Shown here: piece by piece, positions 28,682 to 39,400 of the stretch
Position numbering within the stretch: the stretch's first letter is position 1
Layout: every line of letters starts with the position of its first letter
NCBI GenBank assembly: GCA_024409235.1
Contig: JAKSUA010000013.1
Span: 808-64,807, forward strand
Origin: Bacteroidales bacterium
Lineage (GTDB): Bacteria > Bacteroidota > Bacteroidia > Bacteroidales > UBA1715
Length of the DNA stretch: 64,000 nt
Reading direction: 5' to 3'
The notes under the pieces: generated by a model
Seen by the model: only the letters and a program-made list of their open reading frames with translations
Told to the model about the DNA's origin: nothing
Database searches by the model: none
Made by a program: the position numbers and the translations under genes

Positions 28682-29521
28682 TTATCTGATAGCATCGATT
28701 AATCCTGGTAAAGCAAGCTCAAATTTAACTCCGTACCAGTGATTTTTATCATTGATTGTTTTTGCAATTGCATCAACTGTAAAGTCAACAGCGATTTTTC
28801 CGGCCTCGTCAACAGATTTTCCAAGAATCATTGCTCCCGCAAAACTACTTGCAAATACGTCTCCGGTTCCGTGGAACATTCCATTAATAAGGTCACGGAA
28901 ATAATAAGTAATTTGATTTGTTTCGCCATTATATGCTGCGATTCCTAATTTTCCTGGTTCAAGACTTACGCCCGTAAGTAATGCATTCTTACAACCAAGT
29001 CCCATAAGCTTTTTTAGAATTCGTTCTATGTATTCTTTTGTATGGCCTGTTTCTATATATTCCTCGTCAAGCATGAAAGCTGCTTCGGTAAGATTTGGAA
29101 CGATAACGTCAGCTTTCTTACACATTTTTGCCATTTCTTTCGCAAAACTTGGCTCAAATCCTGGATATAATTTCCCTTTGTCACCCATAACAGGGTCTAC
29201 TATAATAAGACTTTCTGGTTTTCTCAGTTCGTCCATTATTTCTGTGATGTATTGAAGTTGTTTTACACTTCCTACATAACCTGTATAAAAGGCATCAAAT
29301 AGTATATTTTCTTTTTTCCAGTGTTCTTTGATAGCAGGAAGATCTTCTGTTAAATCGTGGAAGGTATATCCTGTAAAACCACCAGTGTGAGTTGACAAAA
29401 TTGCGGAAGGAAGGATTGCTGTTTCTATTCCCATTGCGGAAATAACAGGTAAAGCAACTGTTAAAGAACATTGTCCAACGCATGAAATGTCCTGAATTGT
29501 AAGTATTTTCTTTTCGCTCAT
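28682..29521 (-). CDS. pdxK: Pyridoxal/pyridoxamine kinase (PdxK/PdxY family)
   Basis: ILTIQDISCVGQCSLTVALPVISAMGIE... and the C-terminal GTGDVFAS motif of ribokinase-fold pyridoxal kinases. Confidence 0.8.
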   Translation of the reverse strand: MSEKKILTIQDISCVGQCSLTVALPVISAMGIETAILPSAILSTHTGGFTGYTFHDLTEDLPAIKEHWKKENILFDAFYTGYVGSVKQLQYITEIMDELRKPESLIIVDPVMGDKGKLYPGFEPSFAKEMAKMCKKADVIVPNLTEAAFMLDEEYIETGHTKEYIERILKKLMGLGCKNALLTGVSLEPGKLGIAAYNGETNQITYYFRDLINGMFHGTGDVFASSFAGAMILGKSVDEAGKIAVDFTVDAIAKTINDKNHWYGVKFELALPGLIDAIR

Positions 29522-29678
29522 ATCTTTAAGATTTTTGACGCAAGGTAATTATTTTTATTTGGAACAAACAATTTAATCTTGCAAAATTGCTTTCTACAAG
29601 ACTGAAATGAGTAAGTTCGTTTTTTTATAAAAAATAATATCTTATTTTTGTGGTATTCATTACGATAAACTTAATGAG

Positions 29679-30290
29679 ATGAAAAAACTATTATTCATAT
29701 TAATATGTATGTTTGCTGTTGTGCAGGTGGAAGCACAATCTCGTCCAACTCCAAGTTCAAAATCTGCCGCTGCAAAAACAGCAAAAGAAGCTCAGGCTCC
29801 AAGAAAAACCTATGCAGAGCGTGTTGCAGATTCTATTGCCGGGAAATACGGACCAGATAACGTATTAATCACGAATGTGGTAACGGTTGAATCATCTGTT
29901 CAGAATGTAACTGCCACAGATATAACAATCGAGCAGACTGTTATTACTAATGTGTTGATAGAAAATGTAATTTGTCACTTTTTAACATTAACAAATGCGA
30001 CAATTTCTGATTTAACTATTCGAAATTGTAAAATAGAAGATTTTTTGATTGAAAATTCGTCTATCGGAAGTATGATTGTAGAAGATTCCCAGGTGGATGC
30101 GTTTGAATCGGACGAAAGTACAATTCGTCGCCAGACATTTATGTCTACGGAAAAAGACGAGGAAGTAAAGCCTGCGGCAAAATCCACAACAACAAAAACA
30201 ACAGCGAGCAAAACGCCGACTTCTACGCAAGCAAAACCTTCTTCAAGCAACAATAACAATAATAAGAAGAAAGGACAAATCCGTCGATAG
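29679..30290 (+). CDS. Secreted hypothetical protein with short beta-solenoid-like repeats and a low-complexity basic tail
   Basis: Signal peptide MKKLLFILICMFAVVQVEAQ. The central region has a repetitive (I/V)xN(V/A)x pattern (ITNVLIENVICHFLTLTNATISDLTIRNCKIEDFLIENSSIG). The tail is T/S/K-rich and ends NNNNNKKKGQIRR. Confidence 0.55.
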   Translation: MKKLLFILICMFAVVQVEAQSRPTPSSKSAAAKTAKEAQAPRKTYAERVADSIAGKYGPDNVLITNVVTVESSVQNVTATDITIEQTVITNVLIENVICHFLTLTNATISDLTIRNCKIEDFLIENSSIGSMIVEDSQVDAFESDESTIRRQTFMSTEKDEEVKPAAKSTTTKTTASKTPTSTQAKPSSSNNNNNKKKGQIRR

Positions 30291-30310
30291 GGATTTTATA
30301 TAAAATTTTT

Positions 30311-30352
30311 AAAATGGCTCAGGGTGTTTCTTATACACATTGAGCCATTTTC
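30311..30352 (+). terminator. Stem-loop terminator after the 203-aa gene, upstream of the giant gene 2 promoter
   Basis: AAAATGGCTCA (30311-21) pairs with TGAGCCATTTT (30341-51), with an inner GTGT/ACAC pairing. Confidence 0.6.
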
Positions 30353-30387
30353 GTTGTGTTAATTTCTTGTTGAAAACAAAAATCGTT

Positions 30388-30395
30388 TATATTTG
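30388..30395 (+). promoter_or_regulatory. TAnnTTTG -7 promoter motif for giant gene 2
   Basis: TATATTTG(C), with TTG-containing sequence about 20 nt upstream. It lies inside the track ORF's N-terminal extension, supporting the ATG at 30484 (MYKFKRLSLVIAALAVSTFSYAQ signal peptide). Confidence 0.5.
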
Positions 30396-30483
30396 CAAAA
30401 TATACTGCAAAAAAGGGTTAGTGTGTAACCTTTTCTCAGTAGAAATAGTCTTGTTGAATAGTATTTTGCAAAATATATTGTTT

Positions 30484-33400
30484 ATGTATAAGTTTAAAAG
30501 ACTCTCATTAGTTATCGCTGCATTGGCAGTAAGTACATTCTCTTATGCTCAGAAGGATTTGTTGATTTCCGGAGGAAATGCGGTTTCGAGTTTGGTTTGT
30601 AGTAATAACTATGTGTATGTTACCGGTTTAAATAGCGTTCAGGAAGGAACAGGTGTTTTAGGTGCTGGTTCGAGTGCTAAAATGGAAACAAAATGGATTC
30701 GTGTCGAAGCTCCTAAAGATGCTTCGGGTGTGATTGTTAATATGTCCCAGGTAAACTCGGGATCAGGAGCTTCGTTTGTTGCGTTGGACTGTAAAGGACA
30801 AGTTTGGGGATGGGGAGGAAATGCTTATGGGCAAACGGGAGCGGGTGAAGGGTCTGCTTCTGTGATTGACAAACCTACGCAAGTAAAGCTTGGAAACTCT
30901 CCGTTAAAAAATACTGAGTACGATGACGGTTACGGACATTTAACAAATGTTGAGGTTGTGTATGCGGGAAATGCAAACTCGTTTGCTATTTTAGGAGAAG
31001 GTAGATACAAAGGACGTATAGTTGCATGGGGAGGAAATATTGCAAATGATAATTTCACGTCTTGTTTGGGTACAGGTTCGAATGCTCAGGCTTATTATCC
31101 AACATTCTGTAAAAAATTGGATGGTTCCTATGTGGAAGGGGCTATAAGAATCTTTTCAGGTGACCATATTACAATGACTCTTCTTGAAGATGGAACAGTT
31201 TGGACATGTGGTGACTCGGCTCATGGAGATTTTTTAGGCAGAAATGCAAGAGGAGGAAAATATACAGGTTCCGGCGGTGCCAGCAATGCATTTGGAATGG
31301 TGTATTTGGCTAACGGCGAACCGTTGTCAAACATTAAAGAGATTGCCTGCGGTGACGGTGCCTATTTAGCTCTTGACGGTGACGGATATATCTGGTCTTG
31401 GGGTAATGATGGGTGGAATAGTTGCGGTGGTACAGGTTCTAATGGACAAGGCGAAGGAGGTACTACTCCAGGACGTGTGTTGGCTGGAGATACGGATGAT
31501 GAGGATAATGACGGAACTTATTTGTTGGCAAAAGCTGTAGGTGCAGGTCAGTCATTTGGTATGGCAGTAACTGTTACCGGAAAACCGGTAGCATGGGGTG
31601 GCGGTGGCTGTAAGGGTGGTTATGTTGGTAACGGAACTGAAACTACTTCTCAATTGCCAGTTTACGTACAATATGCAAAGGGTGCTGTTCATAACGATGT
31701 GATTTTGATTAACCGTGGTGATTCATGGGGATTTTATGGCCGTTCGGACGGTTCCATGTATGCATGGGGCTGTGCTGAGAACGGACAGTTAGGAAACGGT
31801 TCAACCACAGCTCTTTTGTATGCGCAGAAGATAAATCCGCCTTCGGGTTGTGCTTTCCGTGATCCTTCGCCGGTAGCTACATTGTCGCCAAGAAGCATGT
31901 CAGTGTGTAAGTCTGCTTTTCAAAAAACTAAATTGACATGTGGTTTTACGGTAAGTTCCACAGATTTGTTGAGCGCATATAAAATTACATGGTATAAGGA
32001 TGGAAATGTTGTATTGACGGGTGATGGATCAAAAACCTCATATACAACAGAAGCAGGGGAAAAAGGTTTAGGTGAGTATAAAGTTGTTATTCAGTATGTT
32101 GGAAAGAATAGTGGTTGTGAAAGTTATAAGGATGGACGTGATTCTATTGTGATTTCCGCATACGAAAAGGAATTTGATGTTGTGGAAGAAATGGAGTTCT
32201 GTAATGACGAGGTTGTTGCAGGAGTAACAACAAAGAATACGAAGGCTGTTTATTCATGGTGGGGAGATAAAGATGGAACAGAACTTCTTGGGAAAACAAC
32301 AGGAAATGCAACAGGCACAATCGATGTGTCGGCAGTTCCTTATTCAGATACTAAGAAGACATATAAAACAATATATGTTCAGGAAACTGCTTTGGGAAGT
32401 GGTTCTTTAATTCCAGGAACACAAGCAAGCAGAACAGCAGCAAGTAATGCTGTTGGTCAGTCGTTCCCTTCTTTGGGTCTTGAAGCTTCAACGAAGACGA
32501 CATTTGTAAGTGCTTCGGTATATCTTCTACCAGCTATTACTAGAGGTAATGATCAGGGAAATTTTTATGATACCAACGAAGAAGCTGCTGCTCAGTATAA
32601 AACTTTGACTGGATCTGTTACGTTTACAATTACCGTTTATGGAACAAAGATGGTAAATGCTAAACTTGTAGCAAATTCGTCTGATATTAAGAAGAAGATA
32701 ACATATTCGGTTCCTTATACATATAAATATGAACCTGATAAAATTCAGTCTCAAGGTCAATGGGATAATAAAACCCAAACGAATGTTACGAGATATCAAC
32801 CAATTTGGAATGGCGGTGATGTAAACTTACCGATAGAGTTGATTGAGATTCCGTTGGATGTAACATTGGAAGTTGGGACATATTATTTTGCTATTTCTGG
32901 TTCTACAACAGGAAGTATGAACTCAAATAACACAAAACTATATGAATTAAATAGTAGTTTGGTTGGAGCGGTAGATGATTTGTCTGGAAAAGTATCTATA
33001 TATGGAGCCGACTCTTATGGTAATTATACTAATGAAAAATCTGGACCGCTGTTTAATTTCCAATTAAATTCGGAACAAGGTTACTGCGATTTGGTTCCTG
33101 TTAAATTAGTAGAAAGTTGTCCTTGTAACAAACCTGGAGAATTTAAGGTTGTTGCAGCAGATGATAAAACATACATTTGTCCAGATGAAACAGCAGTTTT
33201 GTCTTTCAAGGAAGTTTCTAAACCAGATAATGCAACTAAGGTTGTTTACGAATGGTATAAGGGAACTAAGAAATTAGATAATGATAACCAGAAATCGTTG
33301 GAGGTTGCCGAAAAAGGAACATATACATTATATGCATATGATAAGGATAATCCTAATACAGCTTCGTGCCAGTTTACTGCAGAAATAGAAATTACTGAAG

Positions 33401-36400
33401 CACCAAAACCAACAGTTGAAATCGGTGCTGGTGGAGACTATTGTGCTGGTGATGTTGTTAAAGACATTGCTCTAACATTTACGGGTTCCGCTCCGTTTAA
33501 TTTCACATATACGGAAAATGGTGGTACGGAACAAAAAGGTCTTGCTGCAACAGCGACAGGTAAAATAGAACCTGCATCTACTGTAGCTGCAGGAAAAGTT
33601 TCTTCAGAATACATATATAAAATAGCATCATTAACAGATAAATATTGTACTGCAGATGCGTATAATGGAAGTGCGATTGTAAACATTGCTGCAGTTCCTA
33701 CTGCAACAATAGAGGCATCGGATGAGGAAGTTTGTGCTCCTGAAACAATTACGCTTACAGGATCTTCAAACGTTACAGGTGCTGTTTTGGCATGGGGTGG
33801 TGATGGCAGTGGTGCTACTGCTACTCAAACTGTTGACGGTGCAGGTTCATATACATATACATTAGTAGCTACAAATACTGTCGGTAAAGCTGTTTGTAAG
33901 AGTGAAACTGCTACACAAACAGTGAAAATTGACGCAAAACCAGTTGTTACGATTTCATCTGACAAGACTGCTGTATGTAGTGATGGAACAATCAATGTTA
34001 CTGCTGTCGCTAAAATTGGTACGGATAAAGCTACAGATGGTAAATATACATGGACTGGTGCTACAGGAACAGGTGCTACTGCTACTGTAACAAAAACAGC
34101 AACTTGGCCTAATCCGGAAGAAGTGAAGGTAATGGTTGATTATGAGTCAAAAGCAGGTTGTAAGGCTGATCAGTCTGCACCTATAACGGTAACATTCAAC
34201 CCTGCTCCAACTGCTCCAACAGAAAGCAACAAGGCTTCATATTGTATGAACCCTTCTGGAGCTGATGTAACATTGGATGCAAATGCAGAAAAGAATTGTA
34301 CACTTCAATGGTACGATGGTACAACAAAATTGACAAAGGCACCAACAATTAGTATTAAGAGTGCAAAGACATATACATATAGTGTAACTCAGATTTATGA
34401 AGGTTGCGAAAGTGATCCTACTGATATTACAATAGTTGTAAATGACAAATTAAAACCAAAGATTTCGATAAACACTGATGAATTGTGTATCGGTGGTACA
34501 ACAGAAGTAACTGTGGAGGATGCAAACAAATATTCAGTAACATGGTCGGGAACAGCAGCTACTGCAGGATTTGGAAGTACTGCAACTGCAAAAGCTCCGA
34601 CATTTACAGCTCCGTCAGTTGCATCAAAGACTGAATACACTGTACATGTTTATGTTGAAAATGCAGAATGTGATGGTGAAAACGAAGCTACAATAACAGT
34701 ACATCCAACTCCAACTGTTACATTGGCGGTTGATGACAATGATATCTGTGACGGTGAAACTGCTACAATTACAGCTACAATAGCTGGAGATGATAATACT
34801 GGTAGTCAGACTGTATATACATGGAAAAATGCTGAAGAAGAAAGTAAAACAAGCGGAGCGTTGACAGGTGCAAATACAACAGCTACAGATAAGACAGAAA
34901 CTATTTCATATTCATATACAAGTAGTCATGGTTGTAAAGCTAAGGATGTAACAACAACGGTAACAGTTCGTGCTACACCACAGGCTCCGGTAACAGAACC
35001 ATATACAAAGTGTCTTGATGCATCGGAAGAATCATTGGATAACTATGTTACAAAGGCTGCGGGAGCAACTTTAAATTGGTATGGAAAGAATGAAACAGGA
35101 GGAACGGCAAGCAGTACAGCACCAATGGGTGCAACAAACAAAGTTGTGTCTCCTGCAGAAAACTATTATGTATCACAGACAATAAATGGTTGTGAAGGAG
35201 CAAGAGCTGCTCTTCCTGTTACTATCAATGCTAATCTTGAACCTGTAATCACAGCAACAGAGGCTAGTGGTTTGGAAGAAAATGACGGTATAGTTTGTGC
35301 TGGAACAGCAATTGTTCTTAAATCAAGTGGAAATTATACAGAAAAATGGTTTGCAGAGGGAAGTGGAAGCACATATCTGCAAGTAACATCGAATGCAAAA
35401 ACATTCTTGGGAACTGCACCTGCAGGAACATATAATGTGAAAGTGGAAGTTGAGGATGAAAATGGTTGTAAGGGTGAAGCAAGTAAAGCAATTACTGTAA
35501 ATGCAATACCTGTTGCTGAACTTTCTACTCCTGATAATGAACACTGTATAACAGAAACAACAGTTCAATTAATTACAGCAACAATTACTCCTTCAATGGA
35601 TGGAGTTGGAACTTGGACAAATGCAGATAAGAAAACAGATAAAACTGCAGAATTTACACCAAGTGCAAAAAGTTCTGGAACATATAAAGTTGCATACTCA
35701 TTTGTAAGTAATGATGGATGTTCGACAGCAAAAGATGCAGAACAGACAATGATTGTAAATGCTTTGCCAACACCAGAAATTACAGTTAGCAATGCTGTTG
35801 TTTGTAAAGATGGAACTACAAATAAAGATGTAGTAACAATAACAACAAAGAATACAATTCCTGCTGGAACATTCAGCTATGCTGTTAATAATGGTGGTAG
35901 TGTTGATGCTGCAAATGGAAGTTTTGATCCAACTGAAAATGAAGCAGGAACATATACAATAACATTAACATATACAGATGCAAATGGTTGTACAAATACG
36001 GCAACTGATGATGTAACTGTTTATGCTAAACCAACAGTGTCAATAACTGTTCCTTCTGAGGTATGCTATAATAATGAGACAAAATCAGAATTGGAACCTG
36101 TTGTTTCTCCAGCAAACGGAAAAGGAACATGGACAGGAACTGTTTCTGCAAATAGTAACCAATTTGATCCTAAATCGTATGCTGCTGGAAGTCAAAAAGT
36201 AACATATACATATACTGATCCAAATGGTTGTACAAACAGTGCAGAGGAAAATATAGATGTTGTAAAAGTTGATGCACCTACAGTAAGTGAAACTGCAACG
36301 GTAATGATAAATACAGAAAGCCATACCGTTGATGGAGAGGGAACTATGACCGCTACTGTCGCAGTAAGTTCAGATTCAGATGTTTTACAATGGTTTGAAG

Positions 36401-39400
36401 GAGATAAAGGTAGTGCAGGTTCACAGGTAGGTATAGACGGAGATGATACTTATACAAAAACAGTTGTAGAGACAACTCCGGAGGGATCTTATCCATATAC
36501 AGTACGTTCATATAGAGTGTTATCAACAGGTGCTAGTTGTTATAGTGATTCTGCTGTGACAAGAGTTGTAGTAACAAAATGTTCTGCAATTGCACCAAAG
36601 GCATCGGATAAATACATCTGTACTAATGACAATAATCCACAAACAGAATTAACTGCTACTAAAGTTTCCACGTTGGAAAGTTCTTATATAGCATGGATGA
36701 GTGAGGATCCTGTTGCAAAAACAAATGATGAAGTAAAAACATTGCTTGAAACAACAGAAGGTGTTGATACAAAAATTTATTCTCCATCTATTGAAAAGGA
36801 TGGAAGCTTAAATAAGATTAAGGACTATGTTTACTATGTTGCAGAATATGATAATGTAGGTAATTGTTGGTCTGCAGGAACAAAGGTAACAATACATGTT
36901 GTGGATACACCTTCTGTAAAAATTACTATGAATCCTGATTATTGTGCGTATGGAACAGATGTTATTTCTATTGATGTGGCGCCAAGAACAGGTACATTAG
37001 CATTCAAGGGTGGTTCTACATCAATGGGAAGTCTTAGTGGATTTGACTGGACTCCAGGAGACTATAGTGGTTCAGAGTTAGAGGGCGTATTTACATATAG
37101 TGTTGTAAGTTCTGCATATGCAGATGGAACACAATGTACATCTGTGCCAGAATTCAAGATTAATGCACATTATATGGATAAGCCAGAGGGAAGCACTACA
37201 AATTGGTTGATAAAACTTGCAGATCAAATTCCTGATCTTCCTGCTTATACTGAGAACAAGCCAGTTGAACCTGTAACTTGGTATTCAACATCTAGTATGT
37301 CCTCAAAAATTGGAGATGACAATTCTTCAAAAACATATTCACCTGGTGATTTGTCTTCAGTTGTGGCAGGTTTAACAGATTACAACGTAAGCTATTGGGT
37401 AACAAGAACAAAAGTAGTAAGTTCTGATTTGAGTTGTGAGAGTGAACCTGCTGAAGTAAAACTTATTCTTGCAGAATGTCCATGGGCAGCACCTCAGGTT
37501 GAGGATATTGTAATCTGTAGTGGTGATACCGATCCATTAACATTGATAGGAACACCAGGAGATTTAACTCAGGCAACAGGTGGAAAGGTAACGGGTTGGA
37601 AGTGGAATACAACAGAAACAGCTGGAGATAAGAATGAATATTCTACAGGACTTTCAAATGTAGCAACAGGAACTGCTTCTGTAACAGAATATATGGTAAG
37701 TTATAAGGCAGAGGAAAAAAATAGTAAGGCCGAATGTTGGAGTCCTGAAACAAAAGTAACGGTAACTGTAAATCCATTGCCAGTTATTGAAATTGATGAA
37801 ATAGGTACTTCATATGAAGCTGACAAACCAGGTGTATTATGTTACAATGGTGGTACATTTATGGCAACAGCAAAAGTAAATGGTGCTGCGGCTGCTGGTG
37901 GAACTTGGAGTTCCGAAACAGCTGGAATTATAGATGCATCGGGTATAATTGATCCTACAAATAGTAAAAATGCTGGAGAACCAGTTGATGGGAAATATAC
38001 TGTTAAGTATGAGTACACTGATGGTAATACCTGCTATAACTCAGAAGAAAAAGATTTCTGGGTAGAATATCCTGAAAATCCAGAAACTGCTAAATATACA
38101 GGCATTGCAGAACCAGATGCAGTTGAGGTTACTGTTGAAGCAAGAAATATTGATGAAACAGATATTCAGACTGCAACTGTAGTAACTTGGTACAGAAGTG
38201 CAAATGCTAAGAATAAGTTAAGTGATGAAAATCCATGGAAAATAGGAACTTCTGTTCTTGACCCTACATCTGTAACAGATGGAGAGGTAACATTCTATGT
38301 TTCACAAACGGTAAATGGATGTACAAGCGAAAGAGTTCCTTCAATAGTGGAGATCGTTGCATGTCCTTGGAAAATAGTTGATATTACTCCAGATGAAACT
38401 TGTGAAGGAACGGAATTCTCAGGAATGACAGCGACTGCAATGGAATCATATAATGGACAGACTGTTGCTCCGTTAAAATGGAGTTGGTCAACTGATGCTG
38501 ATGTAACATCTGCAACAGGCACATTGTCGGGTTCTCCTGTTACATATAAACAAACAGACAACAATACTGTTGGTCGAACTACATACTATGTACGTTATAG
38601 TGCAGAGTACGATGCGGCATCATATGAGTATGGAACTGTTGATAAAGAATGTTGGTCTGAAGTAGCTACAACAACATCTACAGTGTACAAAAATCCTACG
38701 GTTGAATTTGCTGAAAAATCTGGGGCTGTCTGCTTTACAGATGGAGCTGTAAAAGTTAATGTAAAGGTTAACTTAGGCGATGATGGAAGTGGAAATACAA
38801 ATAGTTTGGAAGAATGGACATGGAGTACTGATGGAAGTTCTGAATCGTTCACAACAAAAGAGTCAAGCTATGCATATTTCAACACACTTGCTCAGGATAA
38901 AGCAACAAAAACTTACGAGATTTCTCTTTATGTAAAAGATGACAAAGGTTGTGATAACACAACGACAATAGATGCTGAAAAACGTACTTTGGAGGTAATC
39001 TATTTGGATGCACCAGAAACTGAAGGATTCTACTCAATGACAAGTCAGGAACATGATGTTGAAGTAAAAGTGACTACTGCTGTTGCAGATGGAGCTGTTA
39101 TTCATTGGTTTGGTGATGCTACAACAATGTCTGATTCTGAGAAAAAGAATAAAAATGTTGCAGAGTCGTCAGATAAAGGAAAAACATGGGCTACTGGTGA
39201 TGCATATAATAGAACCGTTTTGAAATCATATTTCGCTCGTCAGTATGATGCTACGGCAAACTGTTATTCAGAGCCAACGGAAGCTATTGTGAAAATCGTT
39301 CCATGTCCTATACCAAATGTTATTGTAGATGCTCCACAAGCTTGTATCTATGATGTTGCCAGTGGTGCTGTTGCAATGACCGTTTCAACTGGAGTTGCTC

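Noticed and set aside
30340-30483. N-terminal extensions of track ORFs (30340, 15502, 57700, 55063, 24930, 52135, 27269)
   Set aside because: In each case an internal ATG gives a canonical signal peptide or conserved family N-terminus. In several cases a TAnnTTTG promoter motif or a terminator lies inside the extension, so the shorter starts were used.
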